From contig NZ_BAABFT010000005.1 in assembly GCF_039541195.1 (NCBI RefSeq), forward strand, positions 106,035-138,034: 32,000 nt of DNA, read 5' to 3'. Positions 25,786 to 32,000 of the stretch are shown here, in pieces; within the stretch, counting starts at the first letter, position 1, and every line of letters begins with the position of its first letter. The notes below the pieces were generated by a model, which had not been told where the DNA came from, ran no database searches, and saw only the letters and a list, made by a program, of their open reading frames with translations. This DNA comes from Mucilaginibacter gynuensis (GTDB taxonomy: Bacteria > Bacteroidota > Bacteroidia > Sphingobacteriales > Sphingobacteriaceae). Position numbers and translations under genes: made by a program.

Positions 25786-27162
25786 ATGTTGACAGTTGAA
25801 AAGATAGGCGGCACTTCGATGAGTGCACTTGAACAGGTAATTAATAACATTGTACTTTACGAGCGTACCGGCAAGCAATTATATAACCGCGTTTTTGTGG
25901 TATCGGCTTTTTCGGGCGTAACCAATATGTTGCTGGAAAATAAGAAGACCGCCGAACCGGGCGTTTATCATCGCATAGCCAAACACGAAGATTTCCATGC
26001 CCCTTTGCAGGAACTGGTGGTGCGCCTGAAAGCCATTAATCAACAATATGTATACCTCGGCCTTGATTTAAACGCCGCTGATACTTTTATTGAAAAACAT
26101 ATACAGGTAGCGCAAACTTACCTCGAAAACCTGGCCAACATACTGGCTTCGGGCTATGTAAGCCGCGAAGGTATCTTACTGGCCGCGAGAGAAATATTAG
26201 CCTCTATTGGCGAAACACATTCGGCATTTAACCTCACCAATATTCTGCAAAGCCGAGGCATCAATACACGGTTAATTGACCTGAGCGGGTTTGACGATCA
26301 GCGCCCTTTCACCATCGACCAGCGTATTAAGGAAGCTTTTTCAACCATAGACCTGGAGCAGTGTATATGCATTGTTACCGGTTATACCAAAGGTACCGAG
26401 GGCATTATGCGCGAGTTTGACCGCGGCTATTCGGAAGTAACTTTCAGCAAGATTGCCGAGATATTAAAACCACAGGAAGCCATTATTCATAAAGAGTACC
26501 ACCTGTCAACCGCCGATCCGGGTATTGTAGGTATCGAAAATTGCAAACCCGTGGGTTATACCAATTACGACATTGCCGATCAACTGGCCGACGTAGGTAT
26601 GGAGGCCATACATCCGAAGGCATCAAAACCATTAGAAATAAACGGCATTAACCTGCGTATTAAAAACACCTTTGAACCGGCACATCCGGGTACACTCATC
26701 ACCCGCGAATACGTATCGGAACAAAAACGTGTGGAAGTGATCACCGGGATTGATAAACTGATGCTGATCGATGTGTACGACCCATTGATGGTAGGCAATG
26801 TGGGTAGCGATTTGCAGATCATGCAGCTTTTCTTTCAGCATAAAATTAGCTACACCTTTAAGGCTACCAGCGCCAACAGCATTTCTATAGTGATATGGGA
26901 GGCCGATTTTAAGCAGGAACTGATCACCGACCTGGAAGCTGCCTTTGAAAAAATAACGGTAGATAACGTGGCTATGGTTTGCCTGCTGGGCAGCAATATG
27001 GATCAGCCCGGCTTACTGGCTAAAAGCGCGAATGCCATGGCTCAAAATAATATTAACATTATAAGCGCCGGTTTTGCGTTGCGCAAGGTTAACATTCAGT
27101 TCCTCATCTCGCGCGAATCATTTAAAACGGCCATTATAGCGTTAAATGAGGCATTAGGTTAG
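25786..27162 (+). CDS. lysC: Aspartate kinase, monofunctional, with C-terminal ACT-like domains
   Basis: 458-aa ORF with an N-terminal VEKIGGTSM nucleotide-binding motif. The amino-acid-kinase fold is followed by a roughly 130-aa regulatory region (VAMVCLLGSNM...NINIISAG). Confidence 0.88.
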   Translation: MLTVEKIGGTSMSALEQVINNIVLYERTGKQLYNRVFVVSAFSGVTNMLLENKKTAEPGVYHRIAKHEDFHAPLQELVVRLKAINQQYVYLGLDLNAADTFIEKHIQVAQTYLENLANILASGYVSREGILLAAREILASIGETHSAFNLTNILQSRGINTRLIDLSGFDDQRPFTIDQRIKEAFSTIDLEQCICIVTGYTKGTEGIMREFDRGYSEVTFSKIAEILKPQEAIIHKEYHLSTADPGIVGIENCKPVGYTNYDIADQLADVGMEAIHPKASKPLEINGINLRIKNTFEPAHPGTLITREYVSEQKRVEVITGIDKLMLIDVYDPLMVGNVGSDLQIMQLFFQHKISYTFKATSANSISIVIWEADFKQELITDLEAAFEKITVDNVAMVCLLGSNMDQPGLLAKSANAMAQNNINIISAGFALRKVNIQFLISRESFKTAIIALNEALG

Positions 27163-27167
27163 CAATG

Positions 27168-27207
27168 AGGCGCTTTAAAAGAAAAAGCGTCTTGTAACTT
27201 TTTTTTT
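27168..27207 (+). terminator. Putative intrinsic terminator after the aspartate kinase gene
   Basis: Stem aggcgcttt / aaagcgtct (9 bp, one G-U pair) with loop aaaagaa, followed by a T9 run at 27199-27207. Confidence 0.55.
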
Positions 27208-27264
27208 ACAAAGCATTAGTACTAAAAGGAGTAAAACTATCGCTTTACATGTATATTTGTTTAT

Positions 27265-27606
27265 ATGCGTTTAAAGCCGGGTAAATTTCTTTTACTGATA
27301 GTTTTCCTGAGCATAGCTTCAATAGCATGCGCTATACCACTGCGTGCCGTTATCAACCTGAAAGCCGACGCGTACCGACAAGCCATCCTGAACCCGCAAA
27401 GCGATCAGGAACTGGATGTTCAGATCATTTGCCCTTTAAGTAATTCTATACACCGGGTAACAGAACCTTTTGTTTTGTTAGTACCGGTTGGCACCCCTTC
27501 TTTAAAAGTTTACCCCGTTAGCGTTGATGTTAAAATTAATTTAACTGATACGTACATACGGTCGGCAAACCGTTTAATGCTCTATCCTTTTCACGGGTTC
27601 TGGTAG
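27265..27606 (+). CDS. Hypothetical small secreted or membrane-anchored protein
   Basis: 113-aa ORF with an N-terminal hydrophobic signal (KFLLLIVFLSIASIACA). I recognise no family. Confidence 0.4.
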   Translation: MRLKPGKFLLLIVFLSIASIACAIPLRAVINLKADAYRQAILNPQSDQELDVQIICPLSNSIHRVTEPFVLLVPVGTPSLKVYPVSVDVKINLTDTYIRSANRLMLYPFHGFW

Positions 27607-27747
27607 TACCGCCAATTAAAGATCATTCCTGCGCCGCATTAAAATTTGAAGCATCAATCTACCTGCTTTAAATGAACAGCGGCATAGCACGGAAACATTT
27701 TAATGGCTACAGTACACAATTTATGAATCATTTAACAGAAAAACAGG

Positions 27748-27936
27748 ATGAGTAAGCACCATTTAACAGTTCAAACAAGGTTATTGTACATAGGCAGAGG
27801 ATTTGAAGGCTTCCGCGAAGACGAACCCCACATGACCTTTTTAGGTTACGACGGTTGTGGCTGGTCGAGTATATGGGTTGATTACCTGGGCATTGCTCGC
27901 TTTATCACACTTGATGATGTTGAAATAGCCGAATAA
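27748..27936 (+). CDS. Hypothetical protein (62 aa)
   Basis: It is the only ORF in this interval on either strand. I recognise no family. Confidence 0.3.
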   Translation: MSKHHLTVQTRLLYIGRGFEGFREDEPHMTFLGYDGCGWSSIWVDYLGIARFITLDDVEIAE

Positions 27937-27970
27937 TAACACCAGTTCTTCTGCACATATTAATTAACCA

Positions 27971-28243
27971 ATGCGCTTTTATCAAAAAATGAAAAAGTTA
28001 CAGCGTAAGGTTGCCAGTTTACTGAAAACCGAACTTAAAGAATTATACACAATTACCATACGTGGAATACAGATAGAAATAAGCATTCCCTCAACCGATT
28101 TTGAAACACGCCTGGGGCTTTTGCTGCAGCGTATTCAACAAATCATTGAGGCCTACTTTCCCTCACGGCAGGACGACCTGCTGATACTGATCAGGGATAC
28201 GGGCAACCGGTATGCAAATACATTCAAGATCTGGAAATCATAA
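27971..28243 (+). CDS. Hypothetical protein (90 aa)
   Basis: The ORF starts 34 nt after the previous one, and a strong terminator follows 15 nt past its stop. I recognise no family. Confidence 0.35.
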   Translation: MRFYQKMKKLQRKVASLLKTELKELYTITIRGIQIEISIPSTDFETRLGLLLQRIQQIIEAYFPSRQDDLLILIRDTGNRYANTFKIWKS

Positions 28244-28257
28244 ATTCCACGTTCAGC

Positions 28258-28284
28258 AAAAGCCGCTACCCGATAGCGGCTTTT
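28258..28284. terminator. Bidirectional intrinsic terminator between convergent genes
   Basis: Perfect 11-bp stem aaaagccgcta / tagcggctttt with loop cccga. It is flanked by A-runs on one side and T-runs on the other, so it could work on both strands. Confidence 0.8.
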
Positions 28285-28297
28285 GCTTTTATATCTC

Positions 28298-28573
28298 CTA
28301 CCAGTTGCCTGTTGTAGGGTCAATAACCGCCTTTACCTCGGCAACCGACGTAACCGGGAAGTTGCCTTTAGCAGCGTGTTCGCGTACTACCTCTTCGCTT
28401 TCGGCTATGTGTATACAATATATCTTATCGTCGGTAACGAATGATTGCACCCAGTGGTAAGGTTTGCCTAAGCCATCAACCACGGCGCATGATGTTTGGG
28501 TGATGCCTGCAAGTTCTTCGCTGCTTAACTTACCGGCACCCGGTAAGTGGCGTTCAATTACAAATTTTTTCAT
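28298..28573 (-). CDS. DUF4242-like small protein (SCO4226-type, function unknown)
   Basis: 91-aa ORF. The pattern MKKFVIERHLPGAGKLSSEEL...SCAVV...WVQSFVTDDKIYCIHIAESEEVVREHAAKGNFP...V..VIDPTT matches my memory of DUF4242 family members. Confidence 0.7.
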   Translation of the reverse strand: MKKFVIERHLPGAGKLSSEELAGITQTSCAVVDGLGKPYHWVQSFVTDDKIYCIHIAESEEVVREHAAKGNFPVTSVAEVKAVIDPTTGNW

Positions 28574-29163
28574 GAGAGAGCGTTGTTTTTACTTATACAA
28601 TATTAAAACTCGGCCATTATTTTACCGGTAGTGATTTCACCTGTTTTGCGTGGTATTATCCCCGTTTTTACAACCGTTTGTTGTAATTAAAAAACACGTT
28701 TTATGCTAATACTATGGTTTAAAAGCAGACCCTATTGTTTAAATTTATCATGATAAAGAAACAGTTACGATGAGCAACAAACAGATCAGGCCCGAATGGG
28801 TGCCTTCTGCCTATCAGGAGGCGGAAAAAACCGAACAGATACATCGGATTAAAAACACCGGTATATTATATAACGGGTTAAGCGCTAAGCATCCGGATGT
28901 GGAAAACATAGCTATCGTTTAGCGAAAGGAAGCATGTTAACTTTATGGCGCAAAAGATAAAATTTTCTTACAGCTGATTTGTGTATTTCCTTTTCGGAAA
29001 CCGATGAATAGATGTTACACCACACAAATTAATCGATCAGTTAATCCAAACGAGAAAAATTGCGGGAAATGAGTAATATTTTTCACACTTTGTGTAAATT
29101 GTTTCACTACAAACGTTCCCCATTTCTATTTTCGGATAAATTATGTATATTAACCAGTAGATA

Positions 29164-29207
29164 ATGCAAAGCAGACACACAACCAAACGTTGTAAAACGC
29201 TTTGCAT
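29164..29207. promoter_or_regulatory. 9-bp perfect inverted repeat atgcaaagc-N26-gctttgcat upstream of the HTH gene
   Basis: Arms at 29164-29172 and 29199-29207 were read directly. They sit 45-88 nt upstream of the ATG at 29252. Confidence 0.35.
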
Positions 29208-29251
29208 AAACAAATTGGCCTGATTGTTGCAAACTTTCTTCACCTACAACC

Positions 29252-29626
29252 ATGAACAAACACCGCGGAAAATTAGTTGAAAACTTTGTAAGAAAGACCG
29301 GCATCAATATAAGTGATTTAGCCAGGAGCTTAAGTGTTGACCGTAGAACCATTTACAATTGGTTCAAACAGGAACAGTTGAGCGAACCCGTCATTTACCG
29401 CATTGCGGTAACGTTGAATTATGATTTCGCGGAAGAATTTCCGGGATTATTTGCTGCTGAAGATCTTAAACAACGCACGCAGGCGAAACAACCAACAGAT
29501 CATCGTGAAGACGAAAAGTGGAAAGATAAGTATATCGATCTGTTGATCAAATACACCCACCTGCTCGAAAATACCGGCGCTAATGCAACAAGCGATCCTA
29601 AGATAAAGCATCTCGGCGGCAGGTAG
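29252..29626 (+). CDS. Small helix-turn-helix DNA-binding protein
   Basis: 124-aa ORF. The N-terminal segment GINISDLARSLSVDRRTIYNWFKQ is a classic HTH, and the C-terminal half is charged and probably helical. Confidence 0.6.
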   Translation: MNKHRGKLVENFVRKTGINISDLARSLSVDRRTIYNWFKQEQLSEPVIYRIAVTLNYDFAEEFPGLFAAEDLKQRTQAKQPTDHREDEKWKDKYIDLLIKYTHLLENTGANATSDPKIKHLGGR

Positions 29627-29741
29627 TTTATTGGTTGTAAATGTGTTAAAAAGGTTAATCGACAGTCCCCACGTCTGCAACCTTTTTTAACTGACCGTTT
29701 TTAAATACCACGTATATGTTAACATACTGTTTGTTAATGGC

Positions 29742-30992
29742 ATGCTTATAGGGCTGCTTTTAACGCAACGGTTATGCCGGCATATTAAGTTAATGACAAT
29801 TTCAGTCTCCCTTAAAAAGAGACCTAATTTAAAACATTCACTTTATCACGTTGAAGAACCAATGCTTATATCCATCCTCAATAAAATCAAACAAAAAGCC
29901 GTACGTGTTTATATACGCTACTTTTACGGCCTGTTTTCCGATCCGCAGAATAAGCAATCCTCATTTGCGGTAATAGGCGAATTGGGGCATGGCAGGCCTT
30001 ATGTAAAACAATATTTAGGCTCGCAAAATTTCAGCCTTATCCGGAAGTATTTCTCAAATAGCATCGCTACACAAAAAGAGTTGCTTAGCAATACCGGGCT
30101 GGTTGTTGTCACAGAAAAGATGCTGCTGAAAGTACCCGTTGAGGATACCCTGATGGTACCCGACCTGGTTTGGCTCATTATTCCGTTACCTGCAACGTTT
30201 GACGAGTACCGCAACGCGCTGCCAAAATCTGCCCGTTCAGATCTTAGCCGCATTAAACGTGAAGGTTATACGCATGCCCTGTCGACCGATATCAACTGGG
30301 TTGAAACCTTTTTCCATAACTACCACCTGCCTGCCATGCAGCTAAGGCATGATACGGGCGCTTACATTACCCAAATAAACGCGCTTAAAGACCAGCTAAG
30401 GCAAAAGGGATCCGAGTTCATCAACATATGCCATAACGATGTATGTGTGGCCTCAATGCTTACACTGCTTAACGATGGCAAGTACACGCTATCGCAAATG
30501 GGATGGCTAAACGGCGATTCGGCGCTGGTGCATTCAGGAGCGGTGGCCGCGCTTTACTGGCAAGCTATTCAAAGAGCATATCAACTGGGTTGCGACCAGA
30601 TCATTTTAGGCGGCACACCGGCACACATTGATAACGGTGTACTGGTATTCAAAGCCAAATGGGGCGCACGTATCAGTAAAGAGAAATTCCATAACATTAA
30701 TTACCTGCTGATAAACCCGGATAACGCTACCTGTTACAGTTTCTTAACCAGGGTATCGTTAATAGTGATTGGTAAGGATAACAAGCTGATATTGCTCACC
30801 GGCAAAAAACCCGACGAACTAAAAGTAAAGGACTCTATACTGAAAGACATATCGTTTTGGTACGTACTGCGCGATAGTAAAACAGCTAAACCTAACCACG
30901 ACGACTTGCCGTTATCAATTAAAGGCTGGTATGATAAAGTCCCGGTTGCGCTTGCTACTGCAACTGTTGTAAATACTTTAGTTATTTATTGA
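29742..30992 (+). CDS. FemAB/CelD-like GNAT-fold acyltransferase-family protein (putative)
   Basis: 416-aa ORF. The segments FDEYRNALPKSARSDLSRIKREGY and ...ALYWQAIQRAYQLGCDQIILGGTP....GVLVFKAKWGA follow the pattern I recall for Acetyltransf_6/FemAB-like domains. The start is uncertain, with alternative Mets at 29793 and 29862. Confidence 0.5.
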   Translation: MLIGLLLTQRLCRHIKLMTISVSLKKRPNLKHSLYHVEEPMLISILNKIKQKAVRVYIRYFYGLFSDPQNKQSSFAVIGELGHGRPYVKQYLGSQNFSLIRKYFSNSIATQKELLSNTGLVVVTEKMLLKVPVEDTLMVPDLVWLIIPLPATFDEYRNALPKSARSDLSRIKREGYTHALSTDINWVETFFHNYHLPAMQLRHDTGAYITQINALKDQLRQKGSEFINICHNDVCVASMLTLLNDGKYTLSQMGWLNGDSALVHSGAVAALYWQAIQRAYQLGCDQIILGGTPAHIDNGVLVFKAKWGARISKEKFHNINYLLINPDNATCYSFLTRVSLIVIGKDNKLILLTGKKPDELKVKDSILKDISFWYVLRDSKTAKPNHDDLPLSIKGWYDKVPVALATATVVNTLVIY

Positions 30993-31015
30993 TACACCAA
31001 TATCTTTAAAATAGA

Positions 31016-31043
31016 AATGGCAAGGGCTTAACACCTTGCCATT
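31016..31043. terminator. Bidirectional terminator between convergent genes
   Basis: Perfect 10-bp stem aatggcaagg / ccttgccatt with an 8-nt loop and T-rich flanks on both strands. Confidence 0.75.
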
Positions 31044-31071
31044 ATTGTTTGCTGTAAACTATGAAATAAGC

Positions 31072-32000
31072 TTATTTATTGATCAGTTTGTTTCCGCTAA
31101 TTGCCACGTTACTGCAATCCACCAACTTTAAAAGATCACTTATATCGACAGCATTAGCCACTTTAATAGTATTGTTGGCTATAGTTATATGAGTAGTACT
31201 TTTAGCGGCAAACAGTTCTTTATCCTTTAGTTGAAAGGTGTTGTTCGTTACGTTTATATAAGCGTGTACAGGTTCAGGGCCATTAACCGTATTTTCGGGG
31301 TGAATAAAAATAACCGGGCCACCGCAGAGGTTAAAGTTATTATGACTGATAGTTACATTGGTAACCATACCCGATTCAAACCAGCTTGATGCATCATCAC
31401 TAATAAAAATGGGGCTCATGTGGGTTTGCTCGAAGGTATTATGTTCAATCAGCACTTTGCGCCTTGTGGTAGTGAGTACGCCGCGTGTAGGTATGCGGGT
31501 TACCGTGGTATGATGTATCCAAACCTGCGGTGTAGCTGTAGTATTTTCTACCACCAACCCATCTTTTACTTTACCTAATAGTGGCTTTTTAAACGTGAGT
31601 AGAAACTCTTTATCGTTAAGTTGTTTCGCAACAGCAACAACATTGTCTTCAACAATCAACAGGCTTTCCGGGTTAATAAAACTCACACTGTCTTTAGCGG
31701 CGAAGGCTTCAAAACCAAATGTTTGTCCGTGCATAAACTTAACCTGTACCTGGTTGGGCGCAAGTATTTTTGTTATTTTCAGATGGGTGCCATGCACATT
31801 AACAGCATCATCATTAGCTGCCGACAGGTACGAGTTGGCCACTTCTATCTTACCGCTGCATCCCGAAAAGTGCAATATATCTGCCCAGGCAGCGCAGGTA
31901 CGCCCGGAATTTTCAGCAGGTTTTACCACTACCTTGTCCATATTAATGTTACGGCAATACTGGCTTACCACACCCATCCCGTGCATAAAATAAATGCGGA
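31072..32000 (-). CDS. Right-handed parallel beta-helix protein, probably a glycosidase (GH110-like, from memory); the 5' end of the gene (protein N-terminus) is cut by the window edge
   Basis: The reading frame stays open upstream of the track Met (...RIYFMHGMG) to position 32000. Repeated beta-helix rungs (NNTF, NNFN, NNTI) and the segment ANDDAVNVHGTHL are present. Confidence 0.55.
   Translation of the reverse strand, partial: RIYFMHGMGVVSQYCRNINMDKVVVKPAENSGRTCAAWADILHFSGCSGKIEVANSYLSAANDDAVNVHGTHLKITKILAPNQVQVKFMHGQTFGFEAFAAKDSVSFINPESLLIVEDNVVAVAKQLNDKEFLLTFKKPLLGKVKDGLVVENTTATPQVWIHHTTVTRIPTRGVLTTTRRKVLIEHNTFEQTHMSPIFISDDASSWFESGMVTNVTISHNNFNLCGGPVIFIHPENTVNGPEPVHAYINVTNNTFQLKDKELFAAKSTTHITIANNTIKVANAVDISDLLKLVDCSNVAISGNKLINK

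Noticed and set aside
27723-27744. Similarity between gaatcatttaacagaaaaacagga (27723-27744) and aatcatttcagaaaaacagaa (9815-9836) beside motif copy 2
   Set aside because: It is an A-rich, low-complexity match of about 19 of 22 positions. Such a match is expected by chance a few times in 32 kb, and the GACATAT/ACAT half-sites do not follow it.
29037-29352. Minus-strand ORFs of 68 and 81 aa in the AT-rich gap, one with a hydrophobic stretch
   Set aside because: They overlap each other. One starts at GTG and the other overlaps the 5' end of the HTH gene. Neither has a recognisable family. I keep them only as a remote possibility under the finding on the AT-rich gap.
1-32000. Search for CRISPR arrays, transposases, integrases, phage genes and known defence-system genes
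   Set aside because: I saw no regularly spaced direct repeats. No ORF has recognisable recombinase, nuclease, helicase or reverse-transcriptase motifs. The only repeats are the palindromic units at 1033-1482 and the regulatory-scale motifs listed above.

Overview
The window looks like a chromosomal segment of a Bacteroidota genome. This call is an inference from three things: SusC/SusD genes, lipoprotein-rich signal peptides, and palindromic intergenic repeats that I recall from Sphingobacteriaceae such as Mucilaginibacter and Pedobacter. Gene order, left to right:

- **1-8095, minus strand:** a polysaccharide utilization locus. It runs SusC, SusD, a fasciclin-like lipoprotein, a second lipoprotein, a 540-bp repeat/hairpin island, then a GH30-like glycosidase cut by the window edge.
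- **8718-9629:** a divergent AraC-family regulator.
- **9928-17847, plus strand:** a TetR regulator followed by a three-gene RND efflux operon (adaptor, pump, outer-membrane factor), then two tandem TetR genes.
- **17850-27162:** a secreted M1 metallopeptidase, a GH78 alpha-L-rhamnosidase, a small stand-alone PAS-like ORF, an arylsulfatase and an aspartate kinase.
- **27265-31000:** a poorly characterised stretch. It holds three or four small hypothetical ORFs closed by a strong terminator, a DUF4242-like gene, a 680-bp AT-rich gap, and an HTH regulator followed by a 416-aa FemAB/CelD-like GNAT-fold protein.
- **31072-32000, minus strand:** a truncated beta-helix glycosidase-like gene.

I found no rRNA, tRNA, CRISPR array, transposase, integrase or recognisable defence gene.

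The observations most worth follow-up are:

1. A roughly 40-nt motif present three times around the TetR/RND genes, with direct-repeat half-sites exactly 21 bp apart each time.
2. A perfect 12-bp inverted repeat bracketing the intergenic region between the outer-membrane factor gene and the next TetR gene.
3. The repeat island inside the polysaccharide utilization locus.
4. The uncharacterised 27.2-31.0 kb stretch.

None of these can be assigned to a known system from sequence alone. All functional calls rest on motif recognition by eye, without database searches.
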